A stretch of DNA of 64,000 nucleotides from Nitrospirota bacterium (GTDB lineage: Bacteria; JACPQY01): positions 238,628-302,627 of the forward strand of contig JACPAV010000002.1 of NCBI GenBank assembly GCA_016180645.1, written 5' to 3'. Both the position numbers and the translations under genes were made by a program. A model generated the notes under the pieces. It was not told the DNA's origin. It saw nothing but the letters and a program-made list of their open reading frames with translations, and made no database searches. Shown in pieces: positions 40,656-50,115 of this stretch (positions are counted from its first letter, which is position 1; every line of letters begins with the position of its first letter).

Positions 40656-42131
40656 ATGCCCAAGATCATCTTCATCGACGCCCCGACAACGCCCCAGGAG
40701 CGGATCGGGAAGCTTTCACGGATCATCAATCTGAGTCGGGACCGCCCCCATCTCGGTATCCTGACCCTTGCGGCAGTGGCCCGTCAGAACGGGTGGAACG
40801 CGGCGGTCGTCGATCCATACCCGTTCCAGTGGACGGATGAAGCTATCGCGACGCAGGTACAAGAGTTCGGTCCGGATATCATCGGAATCTCCTCCCATAC
40901 CTTGGGCGTCTTGAATGGGAACCGGCTGGCCGGGCTGCTGAAGGAGCGCTTGCCGGGTGTGCCGATCCTCAACGGCGGACCTCACGCCACCTCGGCGCCG
41001 GCGGACACCCTCCGTGAGTGCGGGAACTACGACATTCTCGTCATCGGCGAGGGCGAGGAGACGCTGCTGGAGTTGCTGAAGGCGCTTCCCGGCCGTCCGT
41101 TGGAGGAGACGCTAAGCTCCATCAACGGCATCGCGTTCCGCGCGGCGGACGGCCGCATCGTGCTTAGCGGGCACCGGGATAACACGCAGCCTCTCGACTC
41201 ACTTCCCATGCCGGCTTGGGATCTCCTGCCACAGTATCCTTTTCTTTACAGCCCTTCTCTGTCGTCCGGCGCAGGGAGTCGCCCGACAGGCTCCCTCTTC
41301 ACCACGCGGGGCTGCCCGTGGAATTGCACTTTCTGCGACCGGGGCGTGTTTGGAGATCGACTCCGGGCTTTCTCCGCCCGGGCCGTGATGGACCAGGTCC
41401 TCCACCTGTACCACGTGTACGGCATCCGGGAACTCATGTTCGGCGATGACACGTTATTTGTGGACCGGGACCGGATGTTCGAATTGGCCGAGCTCCTGAT
41501 CGGCGCGAAGCTGGATCTCCGCTGGGAGTGCATGGCGCGGGTGGTGGATGCCAACGACAAGCTCTACGCGGCCGTGAAACGGAGTGGGTGCTTTGAAATC
41601 TCGTACGGGATCGAGAGTGCCGTAGACGAGGTTTCCCAAAACGTCGCCAAGCCTCTCACGCGCAAGATCGCCCGGCGCGCAGTCGAAATCACGAAGAAGG
41701 CCGGTATTCGGGCGCGCGGATATTTCATCTTCGGTCTGCCCGGGGACACGGAGCGGACCCTTCAAGAGACGGGACATTTCATTCTCCATTCCGGCTTGGA
41801 CGATGCCGCCATCTTCGCCTGCACGCCGTACCCCGGATCGGCGCTCTACGAAAGGGCGCACGAGTACGGTACGTTCGAGAAGCGGTGGGACAAGATGAAC
41901 AATGTGGACATCGTGTTCGTACCCCACGGACTCACGCCCGAGAAGATCGAGGCAATGAGGATGGCCGTGATGCGCAAGTTCTACGTCAATCCCCGGTTCA
42001 TGTGGAATTGGGGGCGAAGACTCGTCCGGGACAACGGCTGGGCGGAACTCGGTCGACGTGCCGGTGTGTATACACGCTTTTTCGGCCATATGCTGGGGGA
42101 GTTTGTGTCGGGCCTAGGGAGGGGGGCATGA
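40656..42131 (+). CDS. Cobalamin-binding (class B) radical SAM enzyme
   Basis: PHLGILTLAA, GGPHAT, GEGEET, TRGCPWNCTFC, YGIES, FGLPGDT. Confidence 0.92.
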   Translation: MPKIIFIDAPTTPQERIGKLSRIINLSRDRPHLGILTLAAVARQNGWNAAVVDPYPFQWTDEAIATQVQEFGPDIIGISSHTLGVLNGNRLAGLLKERLPGVPILNGGPHATSAPADTLRECGNYDILVIGEGEETLLELLKALPGRPLEETLSSINGIAFRAADGRIVLSGHRDNTQPLDSLPMPAWDLLPQYPFLYSPSLSSGAGSRPTGSLFTTRGCPWNCTFCDRGVFGDRLRAFSARAVMDQVLHLYHVYGIRELMFGDDTLFVDRDRMFELAELLIGAKLDLRWECMARVVDANDKLYAAVKRSGCFEISYGIESAVDEVSQNVAKPLTRKIARRAVEITKKAGIRARGYFIFGLPGDTERTLQETGHFILHSGLDDAAIFACTPYPGSALYERAHEYGTFEKRWDKMNNVDIVFVPHGLTPEKIEAMRMAVMRKFYVNPRFMWNWGRRLVRDNGWAELGRRAGVYTRFFGHMLGEFVSGLGRGA

Positions 42132-42139
42132 AAGGGAAG

Positions 42140-42243
42140 CTAGAGCGTCTAACAGAATGCGTAGGGGAGGGTCTTCAGACCCTCCCGACAAGAGCGAGCA
42201 TCTGAAGATGCTCCCCTACGAATCGGCATTCCGTCAGAGTCTC
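42140..42243. repeat. REP doublet (42161-42219) inside MITE-like shell
   Basis: CTAGAGCGTCTAACAGAATGC-GTAG...CTAC-GAATCGGCATTCCGTCAGAG; near-identical to the copy at 57627. Confidence 0.8.
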
Positions 42244-42278
42244 TTGGCAGTTTTCAGTCATCCGTCATCAGCCCATAC

Positions 42279-43409
42279 ATGAAGAATTGGATTTTGGGAC
42301 GGATCGTGCATGGATTGCTCCGTCTCCTGTCGATGGCTCCAGGACTGTCGGCTCGGCTCATGGGCCTGGTCACCGGAAACAAGAAGTTGAAGGCCTTTGC
42401 CGCCCGGCCCCTGCTCGTCCGCAGGGCCGCCGAAGCCCTCCTGCATAACGGCGTGCTCCTATCGCAGCTCAACGTCACCAACGCCTGCAACGAGAAATGC
42501 CCCATGTGCAACCTGTGGGAAGAGGGCACGCGGATGCCGCTGGACCAAGTCAAGCTGTGTATCGACCGCATCGCCGAAATGGGGTCTTTCATCCTCACGA
42601 TCACGGGAGGTGAGCCGTTCACGCATCCGGATATCGGAGAGATCATTGATTACGCGCGCGACAAGCCGTTCTTCCTCAACCTCAATACCAACGCAAGTCT
42701 GCCCCTGAAAGTGTACCAGAGGGCCGACCTTGACAAGATCGATCTGGCCATCGTCTCATTCCATGCGCTGGACGAGCTCAAACTGGAAAGAATTACGGGC
42801 GTCAGGGGTACTCTGGCGAGAGTTGTGGACACCCTGAGATACTTCCGGGACGAAACCACGATGCGCGTCGTCCTGAAATTCGTCATTCAGCGGGACAATC
42901 GCGGGGAAGTCGAAAAAGTACAGGAGTTCGCCGACCGCGAAGGATTCACCGTCGAGTATCACCCCGTCATGGTGGACGGCGCCAACCGGCCCGTGACGAC
43001 GGACAAGACGGAGCTTCTCCTCGGGCAAGAGGAGTACATGGATACGCTCCTTCGAATCCGTGAGATCAAGAAAACGGGCCGCAATTTCGAGTCTTCCGTT
43101 TATTATGACTTTTGCTTGAAGGCCGCGAGGAGAGGGTCTTGGGGATGGGGTTGCGATGCCGGCATCAACTACCTCAGCGTGTATCCGGACGGCCGGTTCG
43201 GCATATGCAAGGACGTCTACACGTCGGCGAAGATCACCGACGTCGATTTTCCAGACCGGTACCGCAGCGGGGCGTTTCAGGAGGAGATGAGGGCGCTACG
43301 CGAATCTTGCTCAGGCTGCAACTGGAGCTGCTACGTCACCGCCTCGAAGTTGGCCGGGCTGGCGCGGAACCCCGATCTTCGGGAATTCCGCCTCCTGCAG
43401 GCGATCTGA
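42279..43409 (+). CDS. Radical SAM protein with SPASM/twitch domain
   Basis: CNEKCPMC, TGGEP, CDAG...YPDG..IC, CSGCNWSC. Confidence 0.9.
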   Translation: MKNWILGRIVHGLLRLLSMAPGLSARLMGLVTGNKKLKAFAARPLLVRRAAEALLHNGVLLSQLNVTNACNEKCPMCNLWEEGTRMPLDQVKLCIDRIAEMGSFILTITGGEPFTHPDIGEIIDYARDKPFFLNLNTNASLPLKVYQRADLDKIDLAIVSFHALDELKLERITGVRGTLARVVDTLRYFRDETTMRVVLKFVIQRDNRGEVEKVQEFADREGFTVEYHPVMVDGANRPVTTDKTELLLGQEEYMDTLLRIREIKKTGRNFESSVYYDFCLKAARRGSWGWGCDAGINYLSVYPDGRFGICKDVYTSAKITDVDFPDRYRSGAFQEEMRALRESCSGCNWSCYVTASKLAGLARNPDLREFRLLQAI

Positions 43410-43468
43410 TATATTCGGTGACCGTATACTATTATTGATGTAAATAGAGTATACTGTCACCGAATATA
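43410..43468. repeat. Long palindrome, second copy of the GGTGACAGTATACT family
   Basis: TATATTCGGTGACCGTATACT...AGTATACTGTCACCGAATATA. Confidence 0.88.
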
Positions 43469-46400
43469 CTACGGCGCGCCGGCCAGGGGCACTTCGTAGA
43501 CGACGGCCCCGTTCGTTCCCACGGTGATGCGGGTGGTTGCGCCGACCGTCCGGAGGCTGAGGGTGGAGTCCTGAGCCGAGACGCCCAGATTGAACGGATA
43601 GCCCTCGTTCCCACCCACCAAGGTGCCGGGAGCCACGCCGTCTGTCGAGCTGCACGAGGTCTCACTCTCGTTGTCGCAGAGGGCCTCCACCGCGTAGAGC
43701 TTCCCTGAATTGGAGATGAGGTATACGATCCCATTCACGATGAGGGGTTCGCGCAGGGGGACGCCGCTCTCGAGCATTTTCGGAAAGTTTGCGTTGCAGG
43801 TGGCGCCCTGCGTACAAGGTGCGTTGCCGGTTTGGCAGACACAATAGAGCCGGCCTCCCACGTCAACGGAATAGACTTCGTCCGTGAAGCTCTGCCAATA
43901 GATCTTGGCCCCCACGGCGATGGAATTGGAAACGGAGTAGGGCGTGATCAGGTCCGAGTAGGCGTCGGGCGGGATGGCCGAGCAGGCCACGTCGTTTTCA
44001 GTGTTTTGCAGCATGTACAACTTGGCCGAGGCCCCGCCCATCGTGCCGAAAAAGAGTTTGCCGAAACTGCCCGTGATCCACGCCTGGATCTCGCCCGCCA
44101 AGCCGCTTCGGCTACAACCGACCGCAACGGGAGCCGTGGGCGGCTCCAGCTTGACTCTGTGGATCGAACCGGTGGAGCAGTTGCTTCCAGTGTGCATCCA
44201 CTTCGGGTTCCACGTACCTTTCACGGCCGGCGTGGAGGTGACGCTCACGCTCGCACCCGTGCATCCGCCGAGATTGACGATCTGTTCACGGAAGGTTGTG
44301 TCGCCGTCATAGGCATCTTCGTTTTCGACCCCGAATAGGCAGGTGGTTTTGTTCGCTCCTGAGTCCGACGTACCGCCGAAGTAGACCAGCTTGTCGTCCA
44401 CCACCGGGCCTGTGGTGGCGACCACCGGCGATACCTTGCAGGTTCCACCCGACGTCTCCAGGACCTTGGGCCAGCCGGCCGAAACGGAAAGGGGAGACGC
44501 CGGCGTGCCGTCCGGGTCGCCGGTTTCGGTGTTCTGGATCTTGAAGACTTTTCCCGCATCAGTCGTCACGAAGAGGTAGTCGTTCGTTCCCGAGTCGTAC
44601 CAAGAATAGGGAGCGCCCACGACGCTTCCGCTTCCCACGCCCAAGTCCAATGTTTGGACGAGAGAGAAAGAGGAATTGAGCAGATAGATCTTGTTCCCGT
44701 TCGCGGCCACGTAGGTACCGATGTAGACGGCCCCCGTATCGACGGCGGAGAGGGGGAAGCCGCGCACTTTCACCGCGTCGCCCTCGGCCCCCTGGAAGCT
44801 CTCATGGGCCTTGAGCGCTGCGGCACAGATCTGCGTGGTGTTGGTTTCAGGGGTTCCCGCGTTATTTACGGCCCGAACGGTGTAGCAGTACTTTGTGTTG
44901 GCCGAGAGCGACTGGCCGTTGTCCGTGCAGTTGCCGTCGCCGGTTCCATCATCGTAGCACGCACTCGTGGAGCCATCGACCAGAAGGGATCCCGGGGCGC
45001 CGCACGAGGGCGTGCATCGGTAGAGCACGTGCTTCTGGATGCCGGACTCGCCATCGGAGCCCCCGGTCCAGGTCAACTTGAGCGTGCGGTCGCCGGATTC
45101 CACCACCGCGAAGGAGGTCGGCGACGTCGGCGCCGTGGTGTCGACCTTGTACTCATTGAGGCTCGCGCAGCCGGTCCCATCCGTGCAGTAGGTCACGGAG
45201 TTGTTGACATTGTCCGTCACGACATAACGGTATTGGTAGCAGCCGGTGGTCAGACCCGTGTCGCTGACCGGCGAAGAACCCGGATCGGTGGAGATGGTGG
45301 ACCACGAACCGTACCCGCTGCAACTCCCGGCGGAGAGCGTCCCTGACCGCCGCTGAACGAGACGGCCTGCCACGCCGGACCCGCCATCCGTCGGGTTGAC
45401 GAAACTGACGGATGCGCTTGTTGAGGATGTGAAAGTGTTTGAATAGGAGACGGAGCCACCGGAAGGAGCCGTGTTGTCATACGTGTAGGTGAACGTGCAG
45501 GTGGTTGAGTTCGCGGCCTTGTCGTATACAGTCATTGTGGGTGTAGCTGAAGCCGTGTCCGAGGTCCACGAGTAGAGCTTGTTGAATGCGGCGGGTTGGA
45601 TCACATTTGCAGTGGCGGTCTGGAGGGCGGCAGGAAAGTTCACATAGGCCACACCGGCAGTCGCATCGGCCGCACCCGAATTGACGGTGAAATCGCCGGC
45701 CACCGCGTTGTTGTAGTAGACCGTGGCCCCCGTAGCATATTGATAGGCGGCGGACGTGCCCTCGGTGATTGACACGGAGCAGGTGGGAATCGTCCAGTCC
45801 GCACCGTACTCCTTGGTCATCGTGGCGGTGTTGTTGACGTGATCGGCCAGATCGAGCTTGACATCGCACAGGTTGGAACCCTGGTCGCGGCAGTTCAGCC
45901 CCGCCCCAACGGACACGGAGTAAGTCCCAAAGGGAGCACGATCGGCCCCGTTGACGGTGACCGTGACATTGCTGGTGACCGTCCGGGTGCTCGCTCGGAA
46001 CGCACCGGTATGATCGAAATACGTGGAGTTGTTGTAGAGCGTGTAAGCCCATCCATTCAGTGTAACGTTATCGAGGCAAACGGTGGTGGCATCCACGGCG
46101 AGCGGTACCCATTGATCGCGCTGGGCGGGGAAGGAACCTTGAGAGCGGCGAGAACATGTGCCATCCGTGCCCCACGCGATGCTGTTCGCGCCCCAATAGG
46201 CGCGCTGCTCCCAATCGGCGTCGTTGAATTGGAGCATGACTTCGGTGGGTACGCTCGTGGATGGAACGTAGATCCACTGGTACAGCCAACCGCCGCTGGG
46301 AACGGTGATCGTTTCGCTCGCTCCGGAGAAATAGTGCTGGTGGGGATTGCCCGCATTGTTGTCGTAGTTGGCCTGCGTGCCGGTGTATTTCGTCGCCCCG

Positions 46401-48886
46401 CTCCACGCCCACGTGTCTCCTTGCGTGGCCCCGGGTGGGAGGGCGTCCTCGCCCCATCCCAAGTTGTCGTAGTCCAATCCGCTGACGTTGAAATTGGTTT
46501 TGTGCCAGTAGCGCAGAAGCTCGGCGTAAATGTCCGGCGTGGCCGAGTCGACCGCATCGGTTCGCACCACACATCCCTTTCCATAGCAGTGCATCGAGGG
46601 ACCGCTCTGGTAATCGGCTTCTTCGTACAAACGGTAGAGGCGCGGGTTATTCGTGCATTCGCTGTATCCGGTGGTCATGCCCGTGGCGGAGGTGGGCCGA
46701 GTATCCGTGCCGGCGGTGGCCGCCGAGTTGGGCACGAGATTTGATCCATCAGACGACTTGTTCCGAGTCTGGGCGGATCCGGCCGAGGTGATGTCCACAC
46801 AGACGCGGTCGTCCCCCGCGGTGTTGAGGTCTGCCGCTGCCCCGCAGGAGTAGTAGAAATTCCAGCCCCCGGCCTCAAACCAGAACCCACCCGCATTTGC
46901 GTATTGCCGGATGAGGTTGAGCACCGTCTCGCCGGACGTTTCTGGATAGTATTCGCCGTACGGGTTCAGGATGGCTTTGTAGGCCTGCATTTCGGCCAGG
47001 GTGTCGATCTGGGCTGCGGTAACGGCGGTGACATTGAGCCCACGCTTCTTAAGTTCGTCCTGCCACCATGAGGAGCACGAGGCTCCGGCGGCGCCGGTCC
47101 ATGAGCAGGAGCAGCTTCCGTCGCTCACCACTGCGACCGTATCGGCCCCGATCGGCGCGATGATCGCGGTGGAGGGCACGGTCTTGTCGATATAGTAGAC
47201 GTTGCTGGTCTGAGTCGACTGCATGTTCCCAACATCGTCCACGCTGTAGTAGCAAATGCGACGACGGCACGTGCTCCCGGCGGAGCAGGTGGCGCTTCCG
47301 GAAGTGCCGCTGTTCCAACCCGAGCAAGTGGCGCTCTGCCCCGGGCAGGCGGAACCATCCTCAACTTGCGACCAACAGGTATAGCCAACGGCTCCCGCGA
47401 TCGTGCCGCCGTTGTCGCCGGGCCGCGTGTCGGCCGGAGTGAGAGTGAAGGCCACGTTTGCATTCCCCCATGCCTGCCCATTGGGGGCGATCGAGGTGGT
47501 CGGCTCGATCCAGTCCACGTAGGCGTAGACGTGCATGCCATCCACAAAGAAATCGAAGTCCTCGGTTCCGCCGCCAATGTTGCGGAATCGGATCTTGAAC
47601 TCCGGGCAGAACTTGTGGGTGGTCGTGGCCCGCTGCTTGAAGTAGTCCTTCATGTACAGTGCGGCACCCGACGAATAGTTGACCCAAGTCGTCTTGTCCA
47701 CGGCGATCGCGCCGCCGGTGCCGGACTCCACGCAGGTGAGCCCGGCGCCGTCACTGGGCCCGTCGTTGTTCATGGCGTGGACATAGCCCGACTCGGGCGC
47801 CACGTCGGATGCGTCCGACCCCCAGCCCCCATCGCAGAACGGAATGCCGGCTTCCCCCGAATTGAATGTCGTCAGCGTTCCATCGCACGCCGTACCGTCG
47901 TTGTTGTTGTCCTCGTGTAGGTACATGAGCACTGTGAAGAAATCCCTGTTGCCGTCCCAGTCTTCGCGCCGGAAGCGGTATCGCCACTGCATGGAGGCGT
48001 CGTAGATCTTGGAATAGTCGAGGCCCGTTCCGTAGAGCGCCCAGTCGATATCGAACGCGCTCCCCTTGATCCACGCGGTGCCCTGTGCGTTTTCGTTGGT
48101 GCAGCACTCCTTGAAGTCCGGCTGCCAAATGACTTCGTCTTCGCCCCAGGTGCCATCTTGGTAGTACTCTCCCGTTCCGGGATTGACGGTCCTCCATTGG
48201 TTGGCGCGGTAGGTGTCGTCCCATGTGCCCGCGTCCGTCCACCAGCCGCACTGCCAGCCCTCGTCCCACCAGAAGCTGCAAATGGCCTGACCGTTCGATC
48301 CCTCGCCCGTTTGAATATCCTGATTGTCCATCGTGCCGGCAAAGGCGAGATCCACGCGGTTGTAGCTCAGGTTGAGGAACTTGATCTCGTGGAAGCCGTC
48401 GCCGGAGTCATCGCCGCAGAAATCGTAGCCTTCGCAATCGAGATACGACTTCACATTCTGCTCCCATTGGATCACGCCGCCTTCATCATTGTAGATGTAC
48501 AGGCGAGCCCAGTAGGTGTAGCCGCTGTCGTTCGCCGTGTCGTCTTCGTTTCGGAATCGCCAGTCGCGCGGATCGTCGAAATCACCGTCCGCGAAGCAGC
48601 CTCCAGGCAGATCCTGCACCCCGCCATCGTCGCACGTCACGTCGATGAGAACCGTGGTAAGGTAGGCGCAGTTGTTGCTCGGGCAGCCGTCCGTCCGCCA
48701 CGTGCGCTCCACCCAGCTTGAGGTTCCGGTATCCCAATACCCCAGGCCCCAGAGCGTGTCGGTGTCATACGTATGCTGGAAGCCGTATTCCAGGTAGACC
48801 TTGCTTACACTCGCCGCCTGAGCCGCCGAGGCGGCTCCGAGCGCCAGAGCGATCACCACGAAGAGGGATGCGAGTCGCGGGTTCAT
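43469..48886 (-). CDS. Large secreted Cys-rich multidomain protein (Ig-like/FN3 repeats, probable C-terminal beta-propeller)
   Basis: Signal peptide; DxTxP Ig junctions, FN3 (LTWT...YCYTVRAVN), WD/PQQ-like repeats; Thr/Gly/Cys-rich. Confidence 0.85.
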   Translation of the reverse strand: MNPRLASLFVVIALALGAASAAQAASVSKVYLEYGFQHTYDTDTLWGLGYWDTGTSSWVERTWRTDGCPSNNCAYLTTVLIDVTCDDGGVQDLPGGCFADGDFDDPRDWRFRNEDDTANDSGYTYWARLYIYNDEGGVIQWEQNVKSYLDCEGYDFCGDDSGDGFHEIKFLNLSYNRVDLAFAGTMDNQDIQTGEGSNGQAICSFWWDEGWQCGWWTDAGTWDDTYRANQWRTVNPGTGEYYQDGTWGEDEVIWQPDFKECCTNENAQGTAWIKGSAFDIDWALYGTGLDYSKIYDASMQWRYRFRREDWDGNRDFFTVLMYLHEDNNNDGTACDGTLTTFNSGEAGIPFCDGGWGSDASDVAPESGYVHAMNNDGPSDGAGLTCVESGTGGAIAVDKTTWVNYSSGAALYMKDYFKQRATTTHKFCPEFKIRFRNIGGGTEDFDFFVDGMHVYAYVDWIEPTTSIAPNGQAWGNANVAFTLTPADTRPGDNGGTIAGAVGYTCWSQVEDGSACPGQSATCSGWNSGTSGSATCSAGSTCRRRICYYSVDDVGNMQSTQTSNVYYIDKTVPSTAIIAPIGADTVAVVSDGSCSCSWTGAAGASCSSWWQDELKKRGLNVTAVTAAQIDTLAEMQAYKAILNPYGEYYPETSGETVLNLIRQYANAGGFWFEAGGWNFYYSCGAAADLNTAGDDRVCVDITSAGSAQTRNKSSDGSNLVPNSAATAGTDTRPTSATGMTTGYSECTNNPRLYRLYEEADYQSGPSMHCYGKGCVVRTDAVDSATPDIYAELLRYWHKTNFNVSGLDYDNLGWGEDALPPGATQGDTWAWSGATKYTGTQANYDNNAGNPHQHYFSGASETITVPSGGWLYQWIYVPSTSVPTEVMLQFNDADWEQRAYWGANSIAWGTDGTCSRRSQGSFPAQRDQWVPLAVDATTVCLDNVTLNGWAYTLYNNSTYFDHTGAFRASTRTVTSNVTVTVNGADRAPFGTYSVSVGAGLNCRDQGSNLCDVKLDLADHVNNTATMTKEYGADWTIPTCSVSITEGTSAAYQYATGATVYYNNAVAGDFTVNSGAADATAGVAYVNFPAALQTATANVIQPAAFNKLYSWTSDTASATPTMTVYDKAANSTTCTFTYTYDNTAPSGGSVSYSNTFTSSTSASVSFVNPTDGGSGVAGRLVQRRSGTLSAGSCSGYGSWSTISTDPGSSPVSDTGLTTGCYQYRYVVTDNVNNSVTYCTDGTGCASLNEYKVDTTAPTSPTSFAVVESGDRTLKLTWTGGSDGESGIQKHVLYRCTPSCGAPGSLLVDGSTSACYDDGTGDGNCTDNGQSLSANTKYCYTVRAVNNAGTPETNTTQICAAALKAHESFQGAEGDAVKVRGFPLSAVDTGAVYIGTYVAANGNKIYLLNSSFSLVQTLDLGVGSGSVVGAPYSWYDSGTNDYLFVTTDAGKVFKIQNTETGDPDGTPASPLSVSAGWPKVLETSGGTCKVSPVVATTGPVVDDKLVYFGGTSDSGANKTTCLFGVENEDAYDGDTTFREQIVNLGGCTGASVSVTSTPAVKGTWNPKWMHTGSNCSTGSIHRVKLEPPTAPVAVGCSRSGLAGEIQAWITGSFGKLFFGTMGGASAKLYMLQNTENDVACSAIPPDAYSDLITPYSVSNSIAVGAKIYWQSFTDEVYSVDVGGRLYCVCQTGNAPCTQGATCNANFPKMLESGVPLREPLIVNGIVYLISNSGKLYAVEALCDNESETSCSSTDGVAPGTLVGGNEGYPFNLGVSAQDSTLSLRTVGATTRITVGTNGAVVYEVPLAGAP

Positions 48887-49953
48887 GGGACCACCAGCGG
48901 GATGGTGAGGTAGCGCTCGGCCACGCGCCTCTTCTCCCCACTGCCGTCGACGGGAATCAGTGTCAGCGTGATCGGTTCTCCCTCAGGAGAGTTCGGACCT
49001 CCCGTCGGCTGGCGCCGGACCACCCGCGCCTTGACGGGGAGCGGTTTGCCGGTTGGGGGGTCCGAGATGTTCATGGCCACGATACCGAGATAGTACGTCC
49101 CGGCCGGTGTCTCCGCTGGCACTTTGAAGGCTCCCTCCCATGAAGCACTTCCTTGATGGAGCGAATACGTCTTGCCGCGGAATTCGACGAAACCTTTTTC
49201 CCATTCGCCGCCCGTCAGCTCGATTCGCAGCGGCTCTCCAGGCCGCGTCTTGACGGCCGGGGAACTCGGCTTGACCTCGCGGCCGCCCAGCAAGACAATG
49301 GGAGATTCGACCACCAGCGATTCCGACTCCGAGATCACCAAGTCCAAGGGGCGAATGCTTCTTATCTTCCCATCGGGCCCCATTCTGAATTCAAGCTCGC
49401 CCGTAAGCTTTTCATTCGGCACCTGCGGCAACCCCGCTTCCGGCGCCTCGCTCCGCTCTTGATTCACGGCGGAATGATCCACCACGGCTTGGATGGCCGC
49501 CACGAAAGTGTCGGCTCCCGTCTGTTTCACCTGGGTGAACGCCACGTCCGCAAGCGGGGGGAGGGAAAAAGGCGACCCGGGCCGTGCAGGGATCTGGGAG
49601 TTCTCCTGGGAGGTGTTCCGCTCCGGCTGTTTGAGCTCCACTTCCGGCGAATTGAGTGACACGAAGGGCGGCGCCACTCCCAGCGCGGCGAGGATTTCAT
49701 CTTTGCCAAAACCGTTGTAGGCAAAATCGGTCGACATGGATTCAGCCATCTTGACCAACGACTTCTGATCTTCCGGATCGGAAACGGCTTCCTGAAGGGC
49801 CTCGGTGAAGTCTTCCATGGATTCCCGTGCCCCGCGTTCGGCGGGTGACTCATCCCGATGTTTGGAGCATCCGACCACAGCCAGAGCCACAGCGAAGCAG
49901 ACGGCCCGAAACGCCATTCCAATGGGACTCCCGTGATCCACATCACAATTCAT
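48883..49953 (-). CDS. Hypothetical lipoprotein translationally coupled to the large protein
   Basis: Lipobox VVGC; SD CAGGAG; ATGA overlap; TTGACT-N17-CATAAT promoter at 50058-50030. Confidence 0.7.
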   Translation of the reverse strand: MNCDVDHGSPIGMAFRAVCFAVALAVVGCSKHRDESPAERGARESMEDFTEALQEAVSDPEDQKSLVKMAESMSTDFAYNGFGKDEILAALGVAPPFVSLNSPEVELKQPERNTSQENSQIPARPGSPFSLPPLADVAFTQVKQTGADTFVAAIQAVVDHSAVNQERSEAPEAGLPQVPNEKLTGELEFRMGPDGKIRSIRPLDLVISESESLVVESPIVLLGGREVKPSSPAVKTRPGEPLRIELTGGEWEKGFVEFRGKTYSLHQGSASWEGAFKVPAETPAGTYYLGIVAMNISDPPTGKPLPVKARVVRRQPTGGPNSPEGEPITLTLIPVDGSGEKRRVAERYLTIPLVVP

Positions 49954-50115
49954 GACAGTCTTCTCCTGCATCATGTGGCGCAATTTGCGTACCTCGCTCT
50001 ATTCACCCCTCGCGTAACGTACTTATTCCATTATGATTTTATGGACGATCGAAGTCAAGGTTGTGGGAATGGTCGACTGGTGCGCAGGAAATGACTAACC
50101 GGCATACAGAATCGG

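Noticed and set aside
43469-48886. Naming the large protein PilY1 or an RHS/CDI toxin
   Set aside because: No pilin genes, YD repeats or immunity gene nearby; the propeller resemblance alone is not enough
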